This document shows, piece by piece, positions 50,370 through 64,000 of a DNA stretch of 64,000 nucleotides; the stretch's first letter is position 1, and every line of letters begins with the position of its first letter. Made by a program: the position numbers and the translations under genes. The notes under the pieces are model-generated. The model saw only the letters and a list, made by a program, of their open reading frames with translations, was not told the DNA's origin and ran no database searches. The stretch covers positions 24,688 to 88,687 of the forward strand of contig PDIP01000041.1 in NCBI GenBank assembly GCA_002811645.1. The letters are read 5' to 3'. Source of the stretch: Corallochytrium limacisporum Hawaii (Eukaryota > Protista > Pluriformea).

Positions 50370-52054
50370 AACCCCCAACCCAACCCAAGCCCTCCCCCCG
50401 GGGGGAGGGGTTCTAACCCGCTTGCTTAACCCGGTCCCCGCCCCCCCCCAACTCAATATGCCTGCCGGCTTTTTTTGCTTGCTTTTGCTGCCGCCAGTAC
50501 TGAAACTCCGTAGTTATTAAGGGTCGAAGGTGGGGTTTGGGTTGTGGGGAAGGGAGGAAAAAGGGGGGAGGGGGGATTTTGAAATTTGGTAGTTTTTCTT
50601 TTTGTTTTTTTTTTTTTGTATTTTTGTTATTTTGGTTTTTCGGTTCGGTTCGGTTGGTTTTGGGAAGGCAAAAGCGGGGGCCTGGCTCTTACTTTCACCC
50701 CCGCCTCCTCCTTCTCCTCTCACTCCCTCACTGAAACCCTACTCCCTTGCGTGGCTTGCTACTGCTGCGCGAGCCGAGTCTGTCGCTCCGATTTTCCTCG
50801 AACCCGCCCGCCCAGTCACCCGGCGACTCATCGAGACTTTTCGAGTGTTTTTTTTTCTGTGTTTTGTTTTCTCGTTCTTCCCTTTAATTCCTAAACTTTT
50901 GTTGGGTTCCTCTGGTGTGGACAGGAAAGAACCAGGGGGGAAATTAAACGTGGTCTCGCTCGCCACGGTAGATTTTTTCATGCACCGTAATCGCTTAATT
51001 GGCCATAGGAAACCTATTTTGCTCTGTTGGTTCCCGAGGCCGGCGTTTGAGTACAAGGGCGAAGGAAGATGGAGGAACTGGCGATCACCTCATTTTCTCA
51101 AAGTGACAAGCCGTCGGAAAGCGAGTCATATTTGTATACTGAATGTATTGTAGTAAAGTTGCTCGTGTCATCCGATTTTTCTCCCTTGGGTCGTCCCAGC
51201 CCCGCTCTCTCATCGAATATTTTGGGCGAAATCAGGGAAAAAAGTGTGACGCCGAGCAGTGAGCAAAGGAAGAAGCAAAGACAACAAAAAAAGGTAATAC
51301 TTTTGCAACCAAAAAAAAACCCGAGTGAAGAGAGAGTGTGGAAAGGCGGAGGAGGAGGGGGGAGGGGAGAGAGAGAGAGAGAGGGCGTTGCTGGCAAAGC
51401 GAGGTACTGTTAACCGCCCCTACCGCGTTTGGGGCAAGCGAGGTTTGTGTGTGTGTGTGCGGCCGTTCTCTATTATCACCGGCTGGGTGGTTGGTGTCTT
51501 TTTCTTTTTCAATTTTTATTGGAGCGGGTTCCTCATTTTCTATAGTTCCATTTTCAGTATTCAAACCATGCACGACAACTTTTGTTCAGGGGAATGCGTA
51601 TCGAATACGCGCACGATTCGTCAAAAATTTTTGTTGTGGTGAGTGTGACGAAGAAGCAGAAGCAGCAGCAGCAGCAAGAAGACAAGGCAGGGGAAGAAAA
51701 GTGGTCGATGGGTCTGACAAGGCGGGGAGGGGCAGGTGGTTCGGTAATGAATGTATAGCTGCTCGTTCGTGCCCGGGGCTGTCCACCACCAACAGCGCTA
51801 CCAAAACGCAACAAATCATCAGTTGCCCTCCCCCCTTCACGCGTACCCGACCCACGCTCTCTGTCACTGTCTCTCTATCTCTCTCTGTCTCTGTGCTTCG
51901 GAGGCGGGCGCTTCGTTGGCGGTGGTGTGCCCCCCGGGGGCGGCCGGTACGCTTTGGTTCTGACGCTGTGTCTTTTGTGTGTGTGTGAGTGTGTGTGTGA
52001 GTGTGTGTGTGTGGTTGTGGTCCATTGGAAGTACCCGCACTTCTTCCTAGCTTT

Positions 52055-52117
<63 letters not shown>

Positions 52118-52900
52118 AGAGAGGCCGAGAGCGTGTGCGTGTGCGTGAGTGCGGGGTGGGTTCATTCCTTTCTACCTTTTCTTTTTCTTCCCGCACGGCA
52201 AAAAAAAGGAAAGAAAGGCAAGGGCAATCCTTCCCCCGGCGCTCCCCTTTCTGCCCGGGAGAAGAGGAGGTGAAGGCGTGCGGGCAGCAGCCTTCTCACA
52301 AAAAAAAAGTAATCGGACGCAAACGGGCATAATTAAAGAGCCCGGTCCTAGGACGTGCCGCCCTGGAGCATTGTGCAAGGACCAAACCGGCAAGCAGGAA
52401 CCCCCCCCCGGGGGGGGGGGCGGTCGCTCTTGATAGGGACGGGCTGGCTACTTCCTTTCTTTTTCTTTTTTTTCTTGTTTTGGTCGGTGGATTTTAGGGA
52501 AAAAGGAAAGAGTCGCGCAGCGCTTGCCTTTTCCGAACGGACCAACGGGAGCCAATTCAAGGGAAACCACAGCGCTACATACGCACAAGCACCACCGGAA
52601 CCAATGCCAAAGAAAAAAATGAAATCGGAGAACACACTCCCGGGAATTCCCGATTTTCTTCTTTCCTTTTTTTTTCTTTTTCTAAAAAAAAATGGAAGGC
52701 AAAAGGAAACTCGAGCGAGCGAAACACAGAGACATGGACATAGGGAGAGAGCTCGAAATTCCAAAAAAAAAAAGAGAGAGAGAGAATCACATACTTCTCT
52801 CCCCGTCCTCCAAAACCAAAAAAAAAACAGAAACAAAAAAAAAGGAAAGAAAAAAAACAGGAAAAAAATTAGTGCCACGGCCAAAATATATAAAAGGGGA
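50370..52900. repeat. Low-complexity homopolymer/microsatellite block
   Basis: Long A/T/G runs, (GT)n ~51976-52012, (GA)n 52057-52114, C9G11 at 52401-52420. Same texture as 13.8-15.4 kb. Confidence 0.85.
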
Positions 52901-54157
52901 ATTGAACCACTGGTGGGTATGCAATTCAATGAAATGGGCCCGGAGAACAGATAACGTCGCATACCGCTGGAAAACACTGACGGCTGGATATGTTGTCGGT
53001 CATGTGTGTTGAACAACGCCAGCGAGGTGGACGCGCACCGTAGCAAAAGGTAGAGACGGCGCGGGCCCCGTGATACGGTCATGTGCGCTTGCATGTTCCA
53101 CTATATTCACAATAGGTACATACCTGACCCGACGACGGGTTGCACGTAACGTGCGGATGACACAGCACGTAGCCCATATCTCTCACCGGGCAGAAGGGAA
53201 TGGGCCAATTATTTGGAATACCTATCGGTAGTTCCGTGCTATAGAATATTGGGTCCGTATCTACGTACGTATCTACGTGGGCTGGACTAATCAATTGGCC
53301 CGAGGTGATAGCTTGGCCGGTACACGCTTGCGCCCGTGTGGGGAGTTGTAAAACTTGCGTAGGGTCCACTGGTGACGCGGTCCCTGGGCCATACAGTTTG
53401 TATTGATTACTTACGTCAAACGTGTGTGAGTCCAATTCCTCAAAGGTGTGCACTACCACCCACCACACCATGGTCTGGACCGGGAAGAGTGGGTTCAAAC
53501 TCCGCACACGCCATGTTGCTTGGATGGTCGAGGGGTGTTGATCGTCATTCACGCAAATACGCACCATTACAATGTCATACACATTAATTTGCATACGATG
53601 ATGGGATCGACGACTCCACTGGAAAAGCCGGTGAGCAAAACCCGCAGCACAGACAGCCCCCGTATGCTCGAAATCAGCGACGGGCGTACCGGCCACCGGG
53701 TGTGCGCGCGCTTTCGCAAAAGCCTTGCCGTGCCCGTTCAGCGGACCAATCATTAGGCGTTTTTTGGACCTATCGGCCAATATTTAAAATATATATTTGA
53801 ATCGAGACATACTTTTACAATTTTAGAGGTCCGGATATAATTGGCAAAGCAGAAGCGAGGGAGAGGGTTTGAAGTGTTGCATACACCGTGGTAACCCCTT
53901 CGGTTTCTCGGACACAAACCCTCTCTCCTCTATCTGAGGGCCCAACGTACCCAAGAGCATCGACATCATTTTGCTGCCTCTGTGCAAGGTTTGCAATCCA
54001 TCATTGCCATTCCTTATGTGTGCTTGTGCGGGTGTGTTGGAGAGTGCTGTGATATATGTATATATATGCGGAACTCTAAGGAGAGTCTTCTTGGTGTGTC
54101 CGTATTGTGCCGGTGATAGATCCTTGGTAGCTGCTTTTCCCTCTTTCCCCTCTCCCC

Positions 54158-54426
54158 NNNNNNNNNNNNNNNNNNNNNNNNNNNNNNNNNNNNNNNNNNN
54201 NNNNNNNNNNNNNNNNNNNNNNNNNNNNNNNNNNNNNNNNNNNNNNNNNNNNNNNNNNNNNNNNNNNNNNNNNNNNNNNNNNNNNNNNNNNNNNNNNNNN
54301 NNNNNNNNNNNNNNNNNNNNNNNNNNNNNNNNNNNNNNNNNNNNNNNNNNNNNNNNNNNNNNNNNNNNNNNNNNNNNNNNNNNNNNNNNNNNNNNNNNNN
54401 NNNNNNNNNNNNNNNNNNNNNNNNNN
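54158..54426. other. Assembly gap (N run)
   Basis: Run of n. Confidence 1.
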
Positions 54427-56114
54427 CTTATTCGTCGGGGCGGGCGCCCCCTCCCCCCCTGTGCGGGGAGAGGGAGGGAAAAGTGCAGGATAGCATGGAA
54501 AGGGGGGGGGGAGGGGAGGCAGAAATTGCGATCTAGGATCAAATATTATTCCCCGTGTGACATTCACCTTGTACATATCCACCAGCAGCGGCTCTGTGTA
54601 TCTGGAGCGCTCGTTGTCAAACATTGTGCCGTCCTCCTTGGCTTTAACCCCGCGCGCAGGAAAATCTGTCCCTGCCACTCTTCTCGCTCGCGGGAAGCAA
54701 GAAGAGAGTAAGCGGGATGAGCAGGGAAGAGCCGGTGTATTTGACTAGTACTGCAGAAATTAGCGGAAAAGGGCCGCATTCGTGGAGTGAGCGTCCAGCC
54801 TTGGTCACACAGAACGCACGCAAGGACGTGCCATTGTTGAGCACAGCAGCCTGAGCTGCCAACGGCAGCAGCATTTTTTTTGTGTTGTGAGTGCGAATCT
54901 GAGAAAAGATGGTGTTGGTGGCAAGTGTGCCAGCGTTCCGAGTTACGACAAACTGCTTTGTTCATAATTGAGCCGGAGGTTATTACACCCACCGTCCTGA
55001 AGAGATCCCTACAGGTGGAGTGCAACAATGCCTTTGCAGCTCGACTGTGCATACGGTGTACGCAAACTTCGCAGAAGTATACAACTCCGTGGCACTCCAA
55101 GAAATAAGGAGGAGTCTAGCACATATCATGAGAAGCTTCTTACCATCGGCCCAGCAAGCAGGCAGCGGTTGAAGAAGAGGGTGGTCACGACTGTAGTGGC
55201 GGGATATTGGTGCACGGGTTACTACATACATATAGTTGGTCTATGTTTTCAGCAGTGCGCGGGCGCGTGATGAGGTGGTTGTGTGCTTTCATTTCGCGGC
55301 GGTGCGTTACAAACCTTGGTGGGGTGTACCTTTGCAAAGCAGCACATGCAACACACACATATTTTACAACAGAAACCCAGGGTGGCACATACTGAACTGT
55401 CTTTGTGTGTATGAGTTCATGTGAATGCGTAGCGACTTTCATCATCGTTCATTCATTCGTCATTCACGCGTAAAGACCTAATATTCATCATCGGCAGCAG
55501 CTCACATTAAAGACGGCCTGCCTATTGCAAATGTCATGCCGTGCTTGGGGCAAGCCCGTTGTGCCCACAGATCTCTCGAGTTCCCATAGTGCGCACAGCT
55601 GTGATACACTTGGGTTTGGCATAAATAATACGTCTGTTGTGTACGTAGACAGCGACGTAAGAGTGCAGATGGTCCACGGATGACATGTTCACTACACAAT
55701 GTATTAGGGCCACGAGTATGACATGAGATTTTTGCTCTTCTTTCGACTGGCCATCCGGAAACGTACGTAAATCTCTTCTGCGGGGGTTAACGTTCCTTGA
55801 TGTGGACACGATCGCTGGTGCGCATGGCAGACCTTGCGTATTGACCGGGGTTTAAGCGCAATTTTTTTTGGGCTTCTTCTGTGCCTGTCTTAATATTGCC
55901 AGAACAAATTCCGTCATACAGTTGGTGTTGGGGGCAGAGGGAGAAGTGCCGTGCCCCTTCTTTTGTTGGTGTTTGGGAGTTTAGCAGGGGATCATCATCA
56001 ACCACTGACATGTGTACATGCGAAGGACACCTGCGTCTGTGTCTTTCGACTCGGATTTTGGAGTGTGGGATCTTCATGGATTGCGTGCGTGCGTCCAAGC
56101 ATTGTAGATATTCT

Positions 56115-56260
<146 letters not shown>

Positions 56261-57125
56261 CGGGGTCTCCCTCAGCACATGTCAAGGCGAGATGTGTCAG
56301 AGGATGGCCGTATGGCCCTGATGCACGCTATTGCAGCCACCTGTGGGTGGGGCAGTGTTACCTTGTCCCGTCTGGTGCAATATGCGGAGCAAAATTGAGC
56401 TGAGAAAGAGAGAGTCTGATGTTGAGCGAGTTCATTGGCTGCTCAACGGCAATTGCAGACCAATACCAATTGTGAAACAGGTATTGATATGGCTGAGATT
56501 TTGTTGCTGCCTATTTCTCCTCATTGTCCTAGCCATCTCCCGTTTAGCTTGAGCTCGCACTATTCCTGGCTGCTGTATCTGTGGCACAGAAAAGCTTAGA
56601 TAGTCTTGTCGGCTCTCTGTCTCCTGTTATAGTTTTATAGTGAAATCATGGGCGATTGTTGGAAGGGAAGGGAGGGAAAGAATATTGCAAGAGGAGTTGG
56701 GGACGGGAAATGTTGGGGCGGGGTGGTACCTTTGGCTTGTTCTGCTTCATTAAATTGGAATCGTCAGCGGTAAATTGTGTGCAAGAAAAGGGAATTTTCC
56801 GGAAAAGTAAGGCAATCCGGATACCTCCTGCATTCCATCTATGAACGCAGCTAATAGTGAAACAGCGTAGACCTTCTTCCTATTTGCGTCATAATGTCGA
56901 ATACTTTTACGCCACCCGGAAGGGGAGGGAAGACCTACAGATCAGTCTTGAAGATCCCTTCTATCTCTCCGCCGCTCCGTGCTCTCCCGGTATGCATTCC
57001 GCACTCGCACTGTCAGAGCTGCACAGGGTGTGTCTGTTGAGCCAAAGCTACTCTACAGCAGCATGAGCGTAAAAAATTCACCGTAACCCGCCCCCCCCCA
57101 CTCATTTCAACAGAACTTGCACATC

Positions 57126-57259
57126 NNNNNNNNNNNNNNNNNNNNNNNNNNNNNNNNNNNNNNNNNNNNNNNNNNNNNNNNNNNNNNNNNNNNNNNNNNN
57201 NNNNNNNNNNNNNNNNNNNNNNNNNNNNNNNNNNNNNNNNNNNNNNNNNNNNNNNNNNN
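57126..57259. other. Assembly gap (N run) flanked by a duplicated ~54-nt sequence
   Basis: Run of n; 57071-57125 is nearly identical to 57260-57312. Confidence 0.95.
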
Positions 57260-58051
57260 AAAAATTCACCGTAACCCGCCCCCCCCCCTCATTTCCACAG
57301 AACTTGCACATCCATTTTCTCCCGGGACTCCTCTAAACTCTCCTCCCCCATCCATCGGAGAGTGTGTGCATGTGCGACGATTGATGACGGCCCTCTGTGG
57401 CTCCGGTCTGGGTTTGTGACAAAATCTAATAAATCCCTGATATACAGCCATGTGCATTCAGGGCTATCATCATACAGTCTGTTTCAATACTTTGAGGGGC
57501 ATGTGCCATGCGCAATCCGCAGACTGCAATCCATGGTCGACAAGCTGCAGTTCTAGAAATGATCTATTATGCTACCCGCCAAACGTGGAGGAGGAAGAGG
57601 GGCAGATTTCTAACAACCTTGAATGGGCCCTGAACGTGCGCTGCAAGTTTCTCTGTGAGTTTATGCGTGTTTGTATATATGTGTTCGTGGTCGTGTGCTA
57701 ATATGTGTTTTACTTTCATTAGGTGCCCGTGTTATATTTTAACGATCCATTTCTGCAAAGTCCTGAGATTGACCATCGGAGTCCGGTACTACGCATTTTA
57801 TCACCGGCTGGATATTATCTTGAGAATGTATGCTCCTCTGTGAATCTCATCAACAATCGAGGATTGTGGCATAACAAGTCCATCACGGGATGCAATACGA
57901 GGAGAGCGCAGGCAAAACAACCCAAGGACCAAAGACGAAATAGTGTAAACGATATCTCTGTTTGCCACCATCAGTCGTCCTGTACGTAGATAAACTATGG
58001 GTGCTCAATCAGCTAATGTAAGAAGCGATTTCCGTCTGTCTCAACGGTTCC

Positions 58052-59240
58052 GTGCGCAATCCGCCGGGGGTCACCATCGGAGTGCTGGTGTTCATAAAGG
58101 AGAGAGCTATTATGACCGGCGCAGTACTATCTGCCGGCATCCTGAAAGGGAAATCGGTTTGGACCCAATTGCGACGCCACTTCCCAACGTTCCCATCTGA
58201 GGCCACCATGTCCATGTGCGTGCAGGATGACACACAATCGGACCATTGTGGATTTGTGCTGGCCTTTCTAATTCCCCCATACCAAGTGTTGTGTGGCAGA
58301 TTGCACACCCCGTCTCTGTACACATGGCCAAGAAAAAAGTCACCACAAAATTTGCGACCAAGAACATGGCACAGTTGTGTACCTCGAGTTGCCCGAGACG
58401 GACTGATTCCGTGTCACCAACCACACCGAATTCACCGCAGACAGTTCTTAATTCGCCCCAAGCATCCTATAAATTTACAAATGAGATTGCATGGGCTCAT
58501 CCGCTGCGGCCGCGCGACGGACATCGAATATTCTAGAGTCCCCATCCATATCTTTGGCCAACCTATCCCGCCTCCAATATGGTCGTGCACAGACAAACTT
58601 CATCACCACCGCGTACCAGCTCTATTTCAAGGCCCTGATCTTTGTAATCTGAAGAAGCGGAGTTCTGCACTGCCTGGATGGTGACCAAAAAAGGAAACAG
58701 GATATCTAATCGTATTGTTTGTTCAATTTCGTTACATATATATTAAGTATTAGGAAATGGAGTCATATTTTTTTTGGAGAGCGCATGGGATCGCAGGGAA
58801 GGGGGTTCACAGGCGCTGTTTTTTACCTTGGCCAGAAGGGCCCCCAATGTCACCCAAACAGATAACACTCACCACGCAGCATCCAAATCCAGGAAATTTT
58901 TCCGTCGTCGTCTTTGATGTCTTCCTCTGCTACCAATTTCCCGCCCCCTCTTCACCATGCTAACAGCACAAGTCTTATTCTTTGGGGTTCAGATCTTCCT
59001 TCAACTGAGAGAGGACATTTTGAACTACAGAATGATGTGCTGATCATAATCGTAGTTTGGCGGTTGGCCATCAACTTACATTGTGATGAAGGTCTTGATG
59101 ATGAAGATGAGCCAGTGATGATGGTCGATGTGGGCCTGGCTGAGCGTGCCCAACTTGTTACAAAAAAAATTGAACGAATCCCGCAGCATGCCACTACATC
59201 CACTGTGGTGCAGGCAGCAGTGCACCACGAGACACTGTAA
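58052..59240 (+). mobile_element. Degenerate PIF/Harbinger (DDE_Tnp_4)-like transposase relic
   Basis: Across three broken + strand ORFs, motif-like segments occur in Harbinger order: CGRATD..VPI, ALPGW*, IAGKGV..FLPWPEGPPMSPKQ...QH, VLIIIVV..AINL..EGLDDEDE..GLAERAQL. Highly diverged. Confidence 0.4.
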
Positions 59241-62200
59241 CAAAAAATTGTTCTTGCAGAAGCGCAAGCTACTTCAGCGCCAAGCCTGTCCGGACTCTTA
59301 CCTTGTTCCATGGTATTGTGGTTGATACCCGAAAAGACATAGGATGCAATTCATTGGACCTTGACTTGTTCATGCGCATTCGAAGGTGGAGCAAGTTGTG
59401 ACCGGGGCGATATTGATAACGAATGAAGATATACGCGAGAGCAGGCAGTTAAAACTCTTTATGTCACTGATGTTTGTTGTGTCCAGCCAACTCGGTTCCG
59501 TACCCGTCACTTTGCTAGAGTGTGTGTATCACATCCATATTAAGAGCGGTAAAGGGGAGTGGTCAGGTGGGGTGATTGCATGGCAAAGAGAAAACTCAAA
59601 GAAGCAAAGGGGAAGAGGAGGTACTTAAACTCTTCTTTCACTGGTTGCTGTGTACATGAGAGATCCATGAATCTGCCGAACATCATGATGATACATCCAA
59701 GGAGTTGAACGAGAGGTAGAGATATGTCAACCTAGACAGTAACGACCAAGTGCATCTTTTACTATGGTTCCTTACGATGTTGAGTAGACAATTCGGATGC
59801 GCCAATCTCCGAGAAGTCTTCACCTGGGTGGATTGAACGCATGCCGCAAAGTGTGGGCGTGCTTGTGATACAGGTACGGCATTCCCTTCAGTCCATGTTC
59901 GACCAGGCTTGCTCCACTTCAGCATGGCGCATCTTCACACAATAGCCATCCTCACCAACAGAATAGAGTCGTTTTACGAGGACACTAAAGAAAACAGAGC
60001 GCTGGCACGTCCGGTCATAGGATCCACAGTTTGTCTGTCTCTACACAAAAGGACCACAAACCTGACCGTCCGAACAACCCCCCCATGGCATTGGCCGCCA
60101 GCAGCAACAGAGCGGCTGTGACTCCCTTTGGAACCTAGCACGTCGCATCGGAGCAGAAAGAGGGACCCCAAGACCGTGTGCTGGCACTGGGCACATCGGT
60201 ATAAGTGTCAGAGAATAACAAACTTTCCTTGTTTCAGTGTCGTCGTCAGTCCACAGTACGGAGGACACAAGAAAAGGGGGCGGCCTGGCAGCACCCCCGT
60301 CTCCCAGTACCACCCCATCCAGCTCAGTCACAGTATTTCGTTTCCGGCTTCAAAAAATTGTAGACTGGTAAGCCCTAACAGGCGCTCCCCGGGCGATTTG
60401 GTACGCTTGCATGACATTGGATTGCGATATCCAATATTCACCAGCCGCGCTTTTCGCCTCCCTTCCCCCTCCACAAAAACACAGGGGAGTGGGGCAGGGG
60501 TTCCTGACTTACCAGCTGGCCCAGCGTACAGCCACTCTCTTTGAGGATTGGGGGAAAGTGACAATAGCAGGCGGTGTTTAGCCGGGTGCGACGACGGCTT
60601 TAGGGAAACGAGTCTTGGCAGGTGTCAGAGTCCCATTGGATATCGTGGTATGGCAGTGTACATCCATTTGCATCGCTACAAGTATCATACTCTACTAGAC
60701 ATTTCTGTCCGACTCTCTGCAGCTCAGATGGAATGTTTCTGAACCACTGCCTTCGATCGACGTTATGCCTACTGGTGCTCTGTCCGTGATTGGACATGAG
60801 CAGAAGGGGGAAAGGGATAGCAACAAGAGACAGGCGGACCCGCAGCATGTGCTCGCCGTGCGTGCGTTTGCATCAAACTGATTACCTCAGCACACATGTG
60901 CAGCAGGAAAAGGAGATAGAACTATATAACAAAACAACTAAATTTTTTTACTCAACATTCGTTTCATCGTTTCTTCCCTTCTTTTTTTTTCCCATTTTTC
61001 TCCAGTAAATTGACGTCAAACGACCCCTTCACAAAAGGACGAATACGGGCTTGCAAAGCCCATTCGCCCCTGTCCTATTCATCACCATCACCAACATCAT
61101 CACGTTACAGCATTATTCATAATATCCTGCCACATTACTACATGGTAGGGAGAGATATGTTGAACAGTTTGAAAGTCAAGGGTATGGGAGTCCTTTTATC
61201 ATGTTTGGGAACATAAACACGGATGGTTGATGATGCTTGTCAGTTTCCGATGTTGGAGGAGTGTGCGGAGAACTACAAACGTGCCATTCTACTTGCATGT
61301 GTGTGCACAGTCGTACCCACCACTGCCCCGTCTAGCCTGTTCGATTGGAAACGATGACCATTGTCATAGGATATTCAATGGAAGGGGTTTGACCCTGATG
61401 TGATGCCGATGTTGTGCACATCCACTTCTTCCCAGTGTATTAAAGTGAACAAACTGACACGGCTCTAAATTTTCTTCACCGAAGAGGATCGTGTCTCTAT
61501 AGAAAAAAAGAAAGGAGGAGAGAGGAAAGAACAGGCTGTGAAGCGAACACACACAGCGACATGCCATCACAAGCACACCGAGCATGAGGAAGCTCTCACT
61601 ATGACTGAGCATGTAGAGGTGGCCATTGTGTTGAAAATTGATGCCTTGGGAACATCCAGCAGATGCGGCAATTGGATCTCCATGCATGCCGTGACTGAAG
61701 AAAATTTCAATCGCTGGGCTCATAGACCCATTCACCAAAGACTCTCTGGACAACTCAAGGTTACTGGTTCCCCTCTCTCTCTCCCCCCCCCCCCCCCAAT
61801 CTTGCCTCCCGCTTTGCTCTTTCCCTCCCTCCCTATTTCTTCTCCCTTCTTTCCTTCCTTTCCTTACGCCAGTTTTTTCTTGAAGACGGACTGCTTGGGA
61901 GAGAGCAGAGCAGGAAAGAGAGGGGGGGGGGGAGAGTGAGGACAGTGGCTTCTTCGTCCGCACGCACAAAGAGCATTCAAAGCAGCGCGGCGGGAGACTT
62001 CTGATTATTGTTAGTCGTTCAGACCAACACCCCGTTATTCACTTAATATATTCCCGCGTATGTAACATCAGGGGGCCAGCTGAAATGTGACCTGCGTTCT
62101 GCGCCGCCTGTGTGGAGGGGGCTGGGCTGGTTGAGGGGTTGCGCGGATCGAACGGAATTCAGTTCCATTTCATTGAAGGTTTTTCAGAGCATGCAACTCC

Positions 62201-64000
62201 AAGCGCAGCCAGGGAGCGGCCGGCCCCCGGGACCGGGGGCCCCCGCCCCGCCCGGGAGAGGGGGGAAGGAGGGGAAGGGGGAGAACGGGGTGAGGAAGGC
62301 TGATTGTGTCCCTGTACCTAATTTATGGATACCTGGCCCTGTGAAAGGGTTTAGGGAAGAGAGCAGCAACTTTTCGTTCTGATACGTGTCCCACCAACCC
62401 TCAGATCGGAGCGTTTTGTTAGAGAGTGTTTCCCGCACTTGTGTGAGCGGAGTGCATACTGAATATGCACACCTACCGGGAAACCATTCCAGATCACGGC
62501 AGAACGTACAACTACGCGGATATTCCGCTTCAGTTTCTATTGAAATTGATACACCCATCCTGGACTACAGCAAAGTCTCATATCATACACCCAGACATAG
62601 AATATCTCCAACACACAACTGGTTAGAAATGTGTTGCTCATGCTCCTCCGATCAGTCCTAAAAATTCTGCTCATAATCCCTCTACAGTTGATGAATACCA
62701 CTCGGGATCCCGTGAGTTCCCCTCTTCCCACTCCTCTCTTCTTGTCCACTTCCTTTGTCCTTGATTCAAGAGCGTCCGTACCAGCACATGCATTGATCCA
62801 CAGCTGAAGTTACATAACATTGGGTGCGCGAGAGCCGTGCTCATGGGCTGCTTTTTTATCTTCGTGTTCTCTACGACAGTAAATTCGGTCGCGGAGAGAG
62901 ACCGGATGGAGAGGAGAAGGAAATTGTGATCGCATGACCGACCCATCCGTCATCAGTCCACCCATCGATGCCCGCATACGGCGTACACACAGTCCAGCCT
63001 CGTCTGCTATCCCTTCCCCACTCTTTCCTCTCCTCTTTCTCTTTCGCATTTCTTTGAAATGCATTGCATTTTGGAAAGGTCCTTAAGCGCAAACTCGCTG
63101 CTGCCTTTTTCTGGAAGCTTGCGTAAATGTGCCGCAGTGAGCAAAGCTTTCTGTATCTGGATTGACACCGCAGCCGATTTCCTTCCATCGGTCGATACCC
63201 GCACAAGTAGTCAACATACCGTCAACTCAGCCCTCGAATATGGATGACGGTGACGGCGGCCTACACCACAGCAAGCAGTAATTATCGTCATTGGCGTTTG
63301 TGGAAAATATTGAGCGGGCACATGGGCGGGAACTGTAGTGATATACTTACAGGGAGTTGTATGTATTTCGCTGCTGCCAAAGTTCCAGCACATCAGTTTT
63401 ACCCGCCTTCTATCTGCTTCTCTCAGCTATCGTCCTAGTTTGCGTTGTGCTTTATCAGTGCCTTCTTTGAAGGGGAGGAACGGAGAGATTGCAATGTGGG
63501 CATTCCTTACTGGTATGGCTCAACTCCAGTTTGGCCAAAACGAGATATACTCACTGTGCATCCATATTGGGATACTATCCCGTTGGATATGAACCGCCCT
63601 CGCAAGTTCAAAAATCGTAGAACCAAGCACACTGAAGTTGATCACCACCGAGCAAGTACGTGGAACTCTGCACAATTTCGCTAGGGACATTTTGTTCTTC
63701 AGTCAGACCTAGTGTGCGCACTGTGCCTGCTTCAAAGAAGGTATCGTTCGTGCAAACAGAAATGTCGTAATGAAAAAGACAGAGATAAAGATGTTCCTCT
63801 CTGGCCGTCCCATCCTCTGAAACTCGCGCTTCCTTGGGCGATATTAGACTTTGCTAGTCTGTAACTTCCAACTACGGGAACCTGCTAACCCAGACTTCGC
63901 ACGTGCGTTCACCGTACCGTGTTTCGTTGAAAGTATACGGAGAATGACATGGTTCTTGGTACACGAACAGAGACGCTCAGAACTGTTTCCCCTCCCCCCC

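Noticed and set aside
53470-53505. A-box/B-box-like TGGTCTGGACCGG...GGTTCAAACTCC
   Set aside because: The spacing is too short and no cloverleaf forms.
57071-57312. ~54-nt direct repeat flanking the second N gap
   Set aside because: The copies abut the gap on both sides and contain a C-run. This is typical of unmerged overlapping contig ends, not a biological repeat.
61538-61760. IVLKIDALGTSSRCG resembling the TnpB/Fanzor TS-x-x-C motif
   Set aside because: No RuvC motifs or second Cys pair nearby.

Overview
Eukaryotic nuclear DNA. Positions 1-49.9 kb are gene-dense, with 17 intronless CDS including an 8-kb RME-8 and a 6.5-kb PIKfyve. Positions 50.3-64 kb are a gene desert rich in homopolymers and microsatellites, with two N-gaps and a probable decayed PIF/Harbinger transposase. 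The gene set (DEP-containing PIKfyve, RME-8, NCoR-type SANT protein, KIF7/27, LYSMD1/2, junctophilin-like MORN protein) points to a holozoan. The absence of coding introns would fit Corallochytrium or a similar unicellular holozoan; this is inference, not proven. The best lead is a cyanobacterial InvB-type GH100 alkaline/neutral invertase sitting among ordinary eukaryotic genes. It has a new N-terminal tail carrying a canonical 14-3-3 motif, suggesting a domesticated horizontal transfer. Other leads: two frameshifted pseudogenes (HROB/MCM8IP-like and LRR), a minimal RNPS1, E2F sites, recurrent CnGn palindromes, and a candidate 5'-UTR intron. All family assignments are from motif recognition by eye, without database searches.
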